NCBI GenBank assembly: GCA_025786725.1
Contig: JAHLTZ010000042.1
Span: forward strand, 1-64,000
Length of the DNA: 64,000 nucleotides
Reading direction: 5' to 3'
From: Syncephalis fuscata S228
Lineage: Eukaryota; Fungi; Zoopagomycota
Shown here piece after piece: positions 41,102 through 55,017 of this stretch. The notes below the pieces were generated by a model. That model made no database searches, was not told where the DNA came from, and saw nothing but the letters and a program-made list of their open reading frames with translations. The stretch's first letter is position 1, and every line of letters begins with the position of its first letter. The translations under genes and the position numbers were made by a program.

Positions 41102-42440
41102 GGTTTCTAGTAGTGACGAATAAACTGTATTGGACCCAATGGTATTTCACTGAGATATTTGTTAGTAGAATATGTATAGCTGAATAGATGAGTAGTTGCA
41201 ATGATAATGTTACAAATAAGCACTTAGCTTGGTAATTTATATAGCAATTTTTTAAATATCCAGTATCCACCATCGTTTACATTAATTGTATGCCATCCAT
41301 CCGGCAATATTGCAGGTTACTGTGATAAACCATTTGCATTATAACAAGCCAATTCTAGACCGTATCAAAATCAAGAATTGCTGGTGCATTGCATACAGTA
41401 GACTATATTCTAGTTATAGCCAATGAAATTAACATATTGCTTATACTTGTTTTTGTCAATCAGGTAAAGCTATCATAGGATAGCTACATAGATAATCCAA
41501 GGCCTAATCCAATTTAGATAATATGTCCACCAAAATGGTCTAGACATAGTACTTGTTTTTCATAATAGTATGCAGCAAAGGCAATATCTTTTTACTGCCA
41601 CTGCTATTTGCAGATTAGCTCGTTTTATAGGTACTCTGTGCAGTTGCATAGTATTTATAGATAGCCATCTCTATACAGGCCATTGCAGTATACAGCACTA
41701 TCGAATATTTGATTACCGATGGTAACTGAGCTGTTTTGCATTTACACAGTATTTTAATAAAAACAGCTATGCAACCGTATGAATTTGTGTAGCATTGGCT
41801 ATATAAAAGTTTGTTTATTTCTAGATACTGTGCTGTAATCAGTAATTTCTATAACCTAGTTTTACTGTGACTTGCAAAACTCAATTCATCAAATGATTTG
41901 CTAGCCTGATAGTGTATTGATCAAAAACTTGAAATCATCTATACAGTTCAAAGTAATGCTGAATTTTGACAAGGCAATGATGCGCCTTAGCAATGTACAT
42001 TGAATCAGGATCTAATTGGCAGAAGTACAAAAATAGAATGTATTTTTGCTACATTAAAAATGGGCCCTTTGCACGGAACCAATAATAGTGAAGAACGCCG
42101 CCTTGGTTCGGTATAATTGCCAACAACAAAACAGGTAATGGTTCTAGATCATTTTGTTGATTTTATCCCTCGGCTAAGCCTATACCTTGTACTAATGCTT
42201 TAATCGCTATGATGCTGTCATTTACCTGTTTTGAAAACCAATCAGTATAGATACATAGCAATTTGGTCGGCTCTAATTTGTTAAAGCATGCTAATTCAAG
42301 CAACTATAGGCCTAATTTAAATCCAGTACAGACGTCAGATTAGCACAATGATGTATTGTCATTTTGAAGTGTACCATTGATGGCCAATAGCAATCCGGTT
42401 ATTGTGTGTATTGAATAAAATTTATTTTGCAGACACTAGT

Positions 42441-42672
42441 ATATAAACTACCACAGTTAAGTGCTTATTTGCAACATTAATCGTTGCAACTACTTATCTA
42501 TTCAGCTATACATATTCTACTAACAAATATCTCAGTGAGATATCATTAGGTCCAATACAGTTTATTCGTCACTACTAGAAACCATGCAACTCTTACCAAC
42601 TCTTGTCGCTACTGCCCTGCTGGTCACTGCCATCCCAGCTTCACTTGGCGAAGAAATCAAGATCATACCTGG
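42441..42672 (+). repeat. Inverted near-identical copy of ~41012-41243 (TATA box, 5' leader, signal peptide)
   Basis: tataaa...ctattcagctatacatattctactaacaaatatctcagtga...gtcactactagaaaccatgcaactcttaccaactcttgtcgct occurs in both genes. Confidence 0.9.
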
Positions 42673-43093
42673 TGAAATTTATGCGGGTAATTCTATGTTT
42701 AAAAGCCATTATTTTGGTGTAGCAGGACAAGCTCCATACTTGTATCCAAACCATGCTGATACTAAAGAAAAATATACATGGACGAAAACACCAGTTCCTA
42801 GAAATTCGGCGTTTGTCACACTCAAGCATAGTGGTACAGGCAAGTGCCTTGAATATGGTTCGGGCGGGAGTGTGACTGTGGCCAACTGCGTAATCGGCAA
42901 AGAAGAGCAAAAATGGCAGTTTGAGAAGATAAATGCAAATGGTCATGACGGCCGTTGGAAAATCTTTCCATCAAAGTCTACGGTAGATCCAAAAAAGACT
43001 TACGATTGCTTGGAACGAAGCGATTCTTCTCTTAAAGTGAGGAAATGTAACCATACGGAAGAACGGCAATATTTTATACCTAATAGTCTATAA
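42584..43093 (+). CDS. Secreted ricin-B/beta-trefoil lectin-like protein B
   Basis: Same signal peptide; TGKCLE...VANCVIGKEEQKWQF, DCLE...VRKCNHTEERQYF; intronless. Confidence 0.78.
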   Translation: MQLLPTLVATALLVTAIPASLGEEIKIIPGEIYAGNSMFKSHYFGVAGQAPYLYPNHADTKEKYTWTKTPVPRNSAFVTLKHSGTGKCLEYGSGGSVTVANCVIGKEEQKWQFEKINANGHDGRWKIFPSKSTVDPKKTYDCLERSDSSLKVRKCNHTEERQYFIPNSL

Positions 43094-43971
43094 TAATCAT
43101 TTTATACGTAGACAATAAACAGTTTTTGTCTTGTTTATTTTAAATAAATAAAATAAGCATTATTTGAATTCTTGCGTACTGTTGAAATAAATAAATACGA
43201 TGACTATCGTAATAGTGTATTTTGAACTCATGTAATGCAAGTAATGTTGATAATAAAAGCTATGGACTTAAAAAGATCAGTTAGAATTCTGGAGTGTAAT
43301 TCTATTGGTAAATAGCCAACAAAGTATTTACGTGTCAGAGAATCATTATTAGTAGTTGTTGGCCCACAAGACAGTTATTCAAACAAAATAATAAAATATA
43401 ATAGTTATTATTGATAAATCATGCCATGTCACGTTAGAATAAGTGCTATCTACATTGATATTTTGTTTTTAAGCCGATTAAGAGACATGATAATGCTGAA
43501 TATTGGGCAAGTGTTTTACTGCCAAAAAGTATTAAAACAACATTTGTAATCTATTGCTAGTATTATGCAAAATATCTCAAATCATATGTTTTTGTTTATA
43601 ATTTACAACATCAAACAACTAATAAAACACTGGATCCGGTACTGATTTCAGCAATTGCGGCATTTCAATATCGGTTTTAGAGCAGGGAAAGTTTAATGAA
43701 ACCATCTGTAAGCAAGTTTTATTCATTATAAACAGCATTGCATTGATCGGAGTGTCAGCTGCTACGCGTGAAACCATATGCGTAGAAAATGATACTTCAT
43801 CTAATATTGTACTTGAAATGTTCTTGCATTGTTTGCTTCAATTATAAAAGAGATGATTTATTCAAGTGAATTTCAAAAAATACTACCAATTACAGCAATT
43901 TGCTTTATTTTCCAGCATATTCTATTATCAATCGTTTATCGATTTGACTACCAATTTTTATGATTATCACA

Positions 43972-44445
43972 ATGACTTTCTCTATTTCCTCTTATTTGGC
44001 CGCTTGCGTCTTGGCATTGGCTGCCATTAACATTTCTGGCGTTGCCAGTCACGGCTATATGTCCTATCCTCCGCCCCGTGGTATCGAAAAGAAGGATAGT
44101 GACGTTGACGCACTGAAGAGTCCTAATGTCGGCGGCCAATTGTGTCGTGGCGAGCCACCCGGTATCGTAACCGATATTGGTCATACTGTAACCTTGCAAT
44201 TCGAAATCCCCGCACCACATATTGGCAAATGTTCGGTCTATATTTTGGACGAGAATTTAAGCAATCCACGAAAAATTGCTGACAAGGATAATTGCGCTGC
44301 TCCTGGACAAACCGGACCATGGACCGTCAATATTCCTAGCGACATTAATGGACGCAAAGTACTACGTTGGGAATGGGACGCCGCACAGTTAGTCACCACC
44401 ATCGAGCATTACGAACAATGCGCCGATGTTAACATTAGTGGATAG
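43972..44445 (+). CDS. Secreted AA16-like protein copy 7, catalytic-type domain only
   Basis: VAS|HGYMSYPPPRG, EIPAPHIGKC, VLRWEWDAAQ, EHYEQCADVNISG-stop; intact ORF (alternative start 43960). Confidence 0.82.
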   Translation: MTFSISSYLAACVLALAAINISGVASHGYMSYPPPRGIEKKDSDVDALKSPNVGGQLCRGEPPGIVTDIGHTVTLQFEIPAPHIGKCSVYILDENLSNPRKIADKDNCAAPGQTGPWTVNIPSDINGRKVLRWEWDAAQLVTTIEHYEQCADVNISG

Positions 44446-45338
44446 TTTTCCATTTACAAGCTAGCAAAACGACCGTCTATTCTTTTGCTATGTATACAAT
44501 AATAATAAAGAAATCGTACTTTTAGTATACTTGATGATGCAATTAGCTTAGCCATGAATATCATTCTATTGATATATTCATATGCAGGTCGTAGGAAAAT
44601 CCATGCCTAGAGTGCATCATTGATATATTGATTTTAATCATAAATCCATTCCAGCTATGTTTATTATGATGCTAATACTAATGATGCAAATGGTTGTGCA
44701 ACTAGACCGTGCATCCAAGTGATCTTCCTTATTTCTTGGCAATTTTAATTGACCATTAACAATGTATATACTCAATTTTATTAAATATCAAACCAGCAAA
44801 TATTATAACAACTATGAGGACTAATATTAATTTATTTGTCTATACATAGTAACCAATAAGCAAAGCCCATTTCTACCTTAGCTGTGTATGATATTTGCCG
44901 CATGCCATCCCATTTTTCCGTTAACATCCCCATATAGCTGATTGGATGAAATGATCAAGTAAAATAGCCGGGGAATAGTTTAGAATTACAAGTAAGAGAA
45001 CTAGAGAGGAGTCACCGCGACAATATCAGGAATCAACGGAGTGTTAGAGGTCCGTTTACAAATGCCAGGCAGATACAATATATAATGGAGTTACAAGAAC
45101 AGCTATCGACTATTGCTAATACACTCATACAACCACTCAATTTCTACATTTCTACACACAGTCAAATACACACGCAAAATACACAGACTCAAATACACAC
45201 TCATACACACCATTTTGGGATCTTTACTTTTTTGTATTTCCCTTTCAGTTAAACTGATTGCATTACGCAGTATTCTTTGTTAAATTATATGCATTTCCTT
45301 TAGCGTTAGCATGCACATTCTTACTAGTCAATTACGGC

Positions 45339-47599
45339 ATGGGGAGACGTATTCGTCGCAGGCATTACGGTCACCAGCTGTCGTGCATCTCCCCGAATAC
45401 CGGACTCGACGGCGCTACATACTGCTGGCAGGTGTTCTAATGCCATTTACGGTACTTATGGCAGTGCCTGCTGTAGTCGACAAGTGGGAGCGCGAAACAA
45501 AAGGTGGATTGACTAGGGACATACGCAAGCCTACCGGTGAGTAATGGGCCAATACTATTTTACATTATTTGTTGTAGTAGTTCGCTAATATATGCTCTAT
45601 AGCGGTCACTACACTTATGGCCATTAGTCTCGTTTTAGCCGTCATGTCCAATGTTGCACTTTACGCTCGTCTCCTACTCTACCGTCCTCGTCTCATGACC
45701 CTTATTACTACTGTAGCTTCGGGATTTCGAGGTTAGCAATCATGTACCATTTACCAAAGCAAATCACCTGATGTTGTACTACCTAGTATTACTAAGTACG
45801 GCGGCACTTGTAGCACACCGTTTTATGATACCTAATGTAGAGCAGGACTCAATCATTTCATATACTAGTGAATGGATTATGTGCATTGCTGATACAGCAT
45901 TGTCAGGCTTTGTTTTTGGTATTCTCGTTTATGATGTTTATCACGCACGAAGATATGATTTGAAAGGTAGGATGGACATCAGCGATCGATTCTCATATAT
46001 GTATATACATGCTAATACTATTGAATGAATAGGCAGTGGACTGTCACATAAAGAACGTTTATTCATTAATACAATAGTTGCTACTGTTCTTTGGTGGGCA
46101 CTTGGTTCTATGGTATTTATGTATTTGGAAAACTGGCCCTATCTATCTAGTCTATTTTTTGGTCTAGGTAAGTTGTAACATATAGCGTGTTTTACAATCA
46201 CTCACAATCTATTGTACCTACCAGTGACCATGTCTACGGTGGGATTTGGTAATCTGGCACCAACATCTGTAGGCAGCAAGATAGTATGCATTATATTTGC
46301 CTTTATGGGCGTCGCTTTACTCGGTATGCTGATCAACTCGTTTGCCACTATGGTTTTGGACAATATTCGACGAGAAACAGAAACTCGTATTACTGAAATG
46401 CGTCGTCGTCGCTATGAACGTCGACAACGTGCAGTCATGCGAGAACTGGATCCGGTTAATGACACCGATCCAATATCCCACCCACTTGAAACAGCACCGA
46501 CAGATTATACTGATGTATATGGCTCGGTAGACGATGCCAGAAGGGAAAAGGACGACATTCAAGGCAGCGAGATAGTAAGAAAGCTGTATTTTTCTCTATC
46601 TAGCCTAATCATTTGTATGTAAGTATACTGTATATACCAATGTGTTTAGTTCAATTACTAATTAATTATGCTGTAGTGTAATTCATACATTTATATTTGC
46701 CCACACTGAAAACTGGGCCTACATGGATAGTTTCTATTTTTGTTCTATTACCATCATGACCATCGGTAAGTTACACTAATAGTATTTATTAGTATTTATT
46801 GATGTATCTATTGTATTCTATAGGATTTGGTGATTTCGTACCCACATCCCATATTGGTGAGGTCATGTTTATATTATTCTGTATTACTGGCCTGGCCTGT
46901 ATGACCTATTGTGGTTTAGTTATATCTCAGATGCGTCGTGACTATGTCACATATCACATCCTACGAGTTGAAAAGATATTACGACGCTATGCCACACTTA
47001 ACGAAAAAAATAGCGCTCAAGTACGCATGACCGAGACTAATTCAAGCGTATCAGTAAGAGGTACAGTACAACGTTCAAATCCATCCCAGACAGAGCTAGA
47101 TGTAGAAGCAGCAGCAACAGAAGCAACCGCAACATCAAAGACGGCAGAACGAGAACAAGCAATGAACGAAGTATTAGAGGCAGCACGTCAGATGCGCCGT
47201 ACGCTAAAAGCCATGACCCGTGCATCCGTTAATATACCAAAGTTTTCATCTGATATATCAAATAGCCGTAGTAACAATAGTAGTAGTAATAGCAATGACT
47301 CCAATAATAGCCACTATAATATTAATAACAAAGGATCAATGTCGGCCGTTTCAATACCACTGTACTCATTTGCTAATACGATACGAAAAGTATCAAGTGA
47401 ACATATTATTATAGAAGAGTCAAATGACGATGTCAACTCGGCAGACATATCCACAACGCTATCACAACAAGTAACTCCACTTGGCCGTCTAGCAGTATGG
47501 CATAATTGTCACGATTATATGGAACGAATTATTCTAGCAACAGAACGATTACTAGAAATTGAACACCTTGATAAAATGACACATGGATCCAGTAGATAA
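45339..47599 (+). CDS. TOK-type two-pore-domain potassium channel, paralog 1
   Basis: Pore loops TMSTVGFGNLAP and TIMTIGFGDFVP, each preceded by ENWPY..S.[FY]F; extra N-terminal TM segments; start uncertain because of an indel. Confidence 0.85.
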
Positions 47600-47850
47600 T
47601 AATTATAATTTATTTATTTATTGGATAGATGATTTGTTAATATTATACATGCCAGATAGATAGTAGTAATCGTATTAATTGTTATTATTTCCCTCTCTCT
47701 CTCCCTCTCTCCTATAATGCTTTATGGAATTTATATAATATGACAATAATAAAAACAGTATGAATTTATTGATTCCATAACTATGCTTTATATATTTATT
47801 TTTAATTATTATTATTTTATTATAATAACGATGATGTCTACTACAACAGA

Positions 47851-50800
47851 TTACACGGTGCTTTGATTATCAGGAGATGATGGCAAATTAGATGTTGAAT
47901 TTATCTGTGATGTTACCGATGTTTCACCACCAAATGTACGACGTACAAATAGAATAAACCATGTCCATCGACCTGTATTGCGCAGTGGAACACTGGCATT
48001 GGGTTTAAGGCTTTCTTCTTGTACAATATCTGCATCATCTGGAAAGACGCTTCGCTGATAGCTATAGCCAAATTAATAAGTGACTATATCGCTATTATTG
48101 TATTTGTTAAACTTACTAGAAATAGATGTAATCGGGTAGACAACAAACAACAACGACAATAACAATACTAAAGTAATTACCAGCTAATGTAAATAACTCT
48201 TTCATTACCGGTTCTTCAAGGAAATTAAATAGCTCAAGGCCAAACATCAATACAAGATTGGCCAATAGACTAAGAGCAACTGCGGCAATAAATACCCAGA
48301 CCCACCGACTAACACAGTAGAATAGATATCAATATTAGTCAATAGAAAACTGAAGCTAATAAATAGTACTTACCGGACCGTTAAGGCAATTTTAGAACAA
48401 ACAACGACAAGTACAAGTGTACCAACCAAGAATGCTTCAGTAGTACGACCAATGGTTCCACCATCACTACGTATATTACCTTGGCCTACTAGAAACATAA
48501 ACGTACCAAATATCGCTATAATATGAATATGAATAACTATAAATACTATTAATCTACAAAAATAACTTACCAACTGAATGCCATAGTGCTGTAAATGCCC
48601 ATCCAAGCTCCAATTTAATATTCCAGAATCGGCCATCCTTTATCGCTTTATAAAGTCTAGGATACTATTGAAATGCATTAATAATAATAATAATAAAACA
48701 AAATGGCAATATCTTACCTTGGCAATCTTTTCTTCATCGACATCTTTATCAAAAATAGCCATAGCAATAGGCGGTAAACTTGTATAGGCCACATTCCATA
48801 GCGTAAGGAAATGATCTTCATAAAGAGTCTATACCCGTAACATTAGGGCGGGTAGTTGATTTAAACTTGTAACTTACTTGACCACACCACGCATTATAGA
48901 AACCAAACCAAAATTGTACGGTAATAAGCGCAATATTCTTATACAATGAATATAGTATAATATTGGCAATACGCATGTAGGAGTAGCGGCCATGAACAGA
49001 TAATAAGCGACGCAATGCTCTAAATTCAACAAACGAATAATCACTTGCTCGTACTGCTTGTGCACCTTCCATTCCTTCAATGCCCACACCAACATGTGCT
49101 TCCTATAAATAAAATATAAAATATAAAATATAGATTTATTAATAGTTATGGTTTGTACCTTTTTATATAATAATAATACAACTTACCTGAATCATACTAA
49201 CATCATTGGCACCATCGCCAATACTAAGGGTTACTTTAAATAGCTGTTTCTTCACAAGTCGTACCACCAACGCCTTTTGCAATGGAGTCACTCGACAACA
49301 AATAACCTATTAATATAATATAGTATATCTATTTAATATATCTCCATCCATTACTATTATTTATTAGACTTACTGAACGGCATCGAACACCTATTTTCAA
49401 AAACTTCTTTGCCAGTTCTGGTAATAGTAAAATATACACTAATGATTCACCATCCACTACTAGTGCATTTTTATCATCATCATTCTTTTCCTCAGTCTCT
49501 GTAATAAATTGATCTAATAATGTACTACAATCAGGTCCTGATTTGGCATTTACAGTCATAATATTCATGGCAGCCGATATTAATCGCGAAGATTTGCCAA
49601 CTTTGACCGCCGTTTCTTGTTTATCGCCCGTCAATAACCAAATACGAATGTCACACTAGTTCAGTTCATTAATATACACTCTATTGTTACACTAATATAT
49701 ACTAATATATATATATATATATTAACTTACTTGTAGTAAATAATCAATCGTTTCTGGTACTTGATCTTGTAGTTTATCTTCAATGGCTGAACATCCCAAT
49801 AATCGAAGACGTACTTCGGCTAATTCTGAGGCTCGTGCCACTTTTTGATCCCGGTTACGTAGCGCACATTCTGCCTTGTCATATCGACGGGAGAATGCCT
49901 CATACTCACCGGTTTTAAACTGTTTCCAGGCCATAACTAGTGTACGCAGTCCACTCACAGAAAAGTTTAATAGCGCTTCTTCAGCCGCGGCTAATGCCTT
50001 TTTATTCGTATCTTCACGTAATCGCTGAGTAATAATATTATCGGCACCTTTGCAAAACAAAAATGTGCCTATTTAATACTGTAATTAATAATCCGCCTAA
50101 TGAAATGTCTATAGTTAGCCTACCTTTATCGTTACGAACAATGACCGACATTCGCTTGCGGTCAGAGGTGAAATCAAGTACTCGAAGTAGTTCATAGGTC
50201 TCTTCTTGGCCTATATTCATTTATAAGTAACAAGCTATAGACGTTACAATAGTAAAACTTGCCAAAGACTGAAATGGTAATCACATCTTTTGTACGATGT
50301 ACAAGTAGCCCATCATCTTCACGTAGACCGTATAATAAAGCTGATTCGTCTGGTGATGGTGATTCATACAGTACACTAACACCATCTTTATCCATAACCG
50401 GAATAGCGCCATGACAAATGGCCACACAACGAACAAAATTGACTATTAATTCCTTTTCTTCAGCATCATTAAGTGTCTACAAATTAAATGGATACTTATA
50501 TTAGTCTTTGTATTTATAATATACACTGTCCATTTATTACCTCATAGTAATGCTTAAGACTACCTGGCTCCGCTGTCTCATCGAATGTTTGCTGTCCAAT
50601 GTACCATTTAGCTAGACGCATCACATTCTGTGTTAATGTGCCCGTCTTATCGGAAAAGATATATTCAACCTATATTATATTAATAATTATCTATATATCT
50701 ATATATCTATATATCTATATATTTATGTTAACACTTACTGCTCCCAGATCTTCGTTTAAATTAGAATTATGGGCCTTCATTGCTCGACCCTTTGATGACT

Positions 50801-53129
50801 TCATACCATCATCCCACATCATAAAACTTGCTTGAGCTACACGTACCAATTCCACTGATACAAATACTGAAATAGGTACTACAAAACTATATAATACGAA
50901 GAAGACCATAAACACACCAAATACTTCCTATAAAACAAGGAATAAGTAAATAAGTACTTTATGCATTGTTACTTACTCGAGCCGGCGTCCGAGTATTGTC
51001 ACTAGGTGGCAAATACCAAGCTTTGGGATTGGAGGCATTTTGTTGTGTCGGCTAGTAATTCATTCATTATTAATTAACATGACATATTACTAGTTAATTA
51101 CTTACCGATGGAATGACATAGAGACAAGTGCTGACAATCAATATAATAGCATTGAAAATAAAGATCCACATAATCAGCTTATTTAGTCGCTTTTCTAAAG
51201 TAGAAAACTTTAGACCTGTTTGTTTTAAATTCCTATTATAACCATTGTTTGTTTAACAAGTTTATCCATAGAATTACTAACTTACTTAAATACTTTAGTA
51301 TCTTCACCGGCATAAATAACTGCACCATAAATGTACTCGGTATTACGCAGTGTAGATCCACGAAGTAGTAACTGCTCCATACTGAGTGGTGTCATATCGG
51401 CTCGTCGATCATCAATCTCCAGGGTCACTAGGCCTTCAAATATATTCAATCGTTCATTGGGCATTTCACATTCAATATGACCACGTAGACGCATAATATC
51501 CTATAAATAGCGGTTATATAATTGATCATAGTATAGTATTAATTACTAACCTCGGGTGTATTAAATCCTTGAGTTAATTGGATAGCATCACGGGTCTTTA
51601 AGCTTGTTTCACCATCCAATTCAACAGTATCAATGTAGCAAGTGCCATCCTCGATGGAAGATGACAATAAAACAAGATCAGCCGGTACAGGCTCATCCTT
51701 GGTCAAATAGACCTATATACGTATTAGTTATACTATATTCTATTAGTTGTTACTTACCACATCGCCTGGAACAATGTTCATACTAAGAACTTTTTCATGT
51801 TTTCCATCTCGTACCACTGTGAACTCCTGAGTATTTGCTTGTTTATCTTGTTTATATCGTTTCTAGTTATCATTCAACATTAACATTAATATTAATATAT
51901 ATTTATCTGCATGCTGTCAATTACTATAGATAATTCTTACATAATCTTCAAGACCATCCTTAACAGCGGTAATGAATAACACAATAAAAAGTGGCAACAA
52001 CTCAGAAGTTGGATCTAATGATGGTTCAAGTAGCACAAAAACAGCAGCCAATAAAAAATAAATATTATAAAATCGACGAAACTAGATTAATTAGATTAAA
52101 TTAGTATATTTTTATATTTACGCTATCTTTATATTATTTAATTACCTGAAAGAACAAATTGACAGGTATAAATGACCATAGTGTATATTTTGTAGTACGA
52201 ATGTAATTGGTAGAGTATTTATGATCGAGTCGATGTAACATACTTTTCTCGGGCACACCATTAAATTCCACTTCATACAAATCCTCTGCTCCGCGATGTT
52301 CTGTAGAGGAACGACCCGCCGAGTACACCGTAGACTGATGGCTGAAACTAAATCGTGATGACAATGCTCGCTTCACTGAAGGTGATGCTGGTGGTCGAGA
52401 AATGACCGAGGCTGCATCTGTTTGACTCGATACATCGGTATTGATTCTAGGTCGAGATAGTCGTCGAAACTTTTTGGCGGCCTGTGATCGCTGTTCATCC
52501 AATAGTGCTGATGAAGGCGCAGGGCGTGTCCCATCTAATGGACCTGATGCTGAACGTGCCAATGGAGATACTACAGGTGATTCTGTTCCTCCAATGGTTC
52601 TAAGTGAGTCTTTACGTAGATTACTAGATGCCATCAATGGACTGGCTGGAGATGCATCGATTTCACGTATTTCATCCATTTCTTCTTCTTCTTCTTCTTC
52701 TTCTTCTTCTTCTTCTTCTCCTTCGTCATCTTCGCTATCTTCTTCGCTCTCCTCTTCACTCTCCTCTGATTCAGAAATAGCCGAAAATAGCACCTTTTTG
52801 CTTTTCCCTAGATTGCTTCTACTTGATCCAGATGGCTCCAAATCACTCGCTTGAGGTCTACTATCTCCACTGACCTCACTTGTAGTCTCGGTATCCAGGG
52901 TAAATGTCGATGGATTATAGGATCCATGTGGATTAGTACCCAATGCTAGTGCAACCTCTAGTGCTGCACTATCCTGTTCAGTTACCGTATCTGAGGTCAC
53001 TGCTATAGCTGATGCTGAATTAGAGGCAGTTACTGGAATGGCCGGTGGCGGTGGCGGTGTCCCTTCACGATCCAGTACTTGATGTACCTCCGTCATCTCC
53101 TCCTCTCGCGACTGATGGTCATGCTCCAT
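47851..53129 (-). CDS. P4-type ATPase (phospholipid flippase)
   Basis: [91 protein letters not shown]; long acidic N-terminus. Confidence 0.95.
52681..52720. repeat. (TCT)n microsatellite encoding poly-Glu in the flippase N-terminus
   Basis: About 12 perfect tct units. Confidence 0.9.
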
Positions 53130-54321
53130 GAACAAGGCAACCGCGTCTATCGATACCGATGTTGTTAACAATAGCTGTTAATTAATAAAATTGTGTATTA
53201 CTTGACACAGCAATGAATAGTCAATAACCCACACACTAATAACTATTTATATATATTATTATTATTTAAATGTAAAATTGTAACAAGAACCAAGATATCA
53301 CATATTCACACCACAATGAACCTTATTATTCTTCCCGCCATACACTTTAGTCATTTCATCGATGAACATATTATGTTACTACAGCTACTTACCTAATCAA
53401 TATAATATATAAACTATTTAGGCGGTAATTATAAAGGAGCCACCTATAATATACTATTTGTGCCAATAATCCGACAATAGTCCAGAAAACAACTTAATCG
53501 TTAATAATCGCGTAATAATTGACAGATGTATTCAAATAAAGCAGTACACGCAATCGAGTCTTTATCGTCAAATATTCAGTACTGAAGTGCCAGCAGAGTG
53601 GGGAATACGTTGAAACGACCTCACTTTGTGGCACAGCCAGTATTCATATAACCTCCAAGAACTAAAGGAGACTTATACTAAAAAAGGGGCTTCTATACCT
53701 GTGCCAACCAACAACCGCCGTGGCAGTATCTGCAGACACTTACATGAATTCTTGTAAGGTAGGATGAATAAAATAAATAAGGATGATGAGGTGCGTGGAA
53801 GTTTATTACTGTCGAACGAGTAATAGTAATAGTGTTTGCAGTAATAATAGTGTAAAGGTAAATAGGAGTAGCGGTAATAATAGAATAGAATAACGGTAAT
53901 AAAAAAATTAACCGAGCACGCGGACTTGCAATAATGGAAAAATACCAGCAATTCTTCCAAGTACAGTAACTTTTAGAATAAACCAATTTATCTGTAAATC
54001 AAACAGAAAAATCCAGATTGATCAAATAAATGAATAGTGTTTGTGTGTGGTTAGTAGAGGTAACAAGGCAATAGGAAATGGCAGAATAACGAAGACTACT
54101 ACATCAATACAATTGTTACAGATGTGTAGATTTTATTGTTATAATAGTTAGCGTTGTTGTACTAAGGAGTCATAAGTGACATCCACACTGATACCACTAG
54201 AAAACAACATGTTTTATATTTCTTTATGGAGATATTAAACACGTTTGGTGCTAAAACAAGCAGAGTAGCCGCATCTACTATTGATCAATATCACTAGCTA
54301 GTACTATTGATGATGCGTCTA

Positions 54322-54858
54322 TTATGGTTTAGTCATAGAATCTAGAATATCTATTTTTGTAGAACTGGTCGTGTCAATCTCTGGTGCCAATAATATCAAC
54401 TGTTTAATGGCATGGGCATGGATAATGGACCAATGAGAAGTGCCCGACCTGGATGGTGAAGGAGACACGGGCAAGGACGGTAATTGAACAAGTGAATCCT
54501 TGGCTTCTAGTCTACCATGAGTACCATCTTCGTTTTGATCGTGTAGCATCGTGGACATAATGGGCAATCGATGGTGGTATTGGTCTAATATAAAAATAAT
54601 AGTAACAATAAAGAGAGTAAAGATATTAATAGAGCATCGTTTATTGTTCTTGGCAACACTTGCCGAAACATTGTTTGAACTAGTAAGAAATACCGTATGT
54701 GTTACTGGATCGATCGAGTAGAGCAGCCCATGTTGAATGGTTGTTCGATTTGATGACTGAAGCAATTCTACATGGACTGGTTTGCCACAATGCATCCACG
54801 CTTCATTAAATGAAAAGTCAAAAGGCCACTGGTTGTCGTTATTGTTAATGGTAGTCAT
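54322..54858 (-). CDS. Gemin6-like Sm-fold protein
   Basis: GKPVHVELL...GLLYSIDPVTHTVFL...SIIHAHAIKQL resembles the Gemin6 N-terminal Sm-like domain (G.V.T.DPVS...GHAV). A possible GC-AG intron lies at 54585-54663. Confidence 0.55.
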   Translation of the reverse strand: MTTINNNDNQWPFDFSFNEAWMHCGKPVHVELLQSSNRTTIQHGLLYSIDPVTHTVFLTSSNNVSASVAKNNKRCSINIFTLFIVTIIFILDQYHHRLPIMSTMLHDQNEDGTHGRLEAKDSLVQLPSLPVSPSPSRSGTSHWSIIHAHAIKQLILLAPEIDTTSSTKIDILDSMTKP

Positions 54859-55017
54859 CCTATTGGTAGTTATGATATCATGTATAACAGTAATAGATAA
54901 AAGAGTGGTGTTGATGTAATAAAGGTTTTATGACTATTAAACTATTCTTTATTTTTCTTTAAATTACAACTATTACTGTCTAGTTAGTTATTGACTTTCA
55001 ACTTTTACATATTTGCA

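Noticed and set aside
53300-54250. ORFs upstream of the flippase (53673-53986)
   Set aside because: Low-complexity Tyr/Ile-rich translations; more likely 5' leader or intron sequence.
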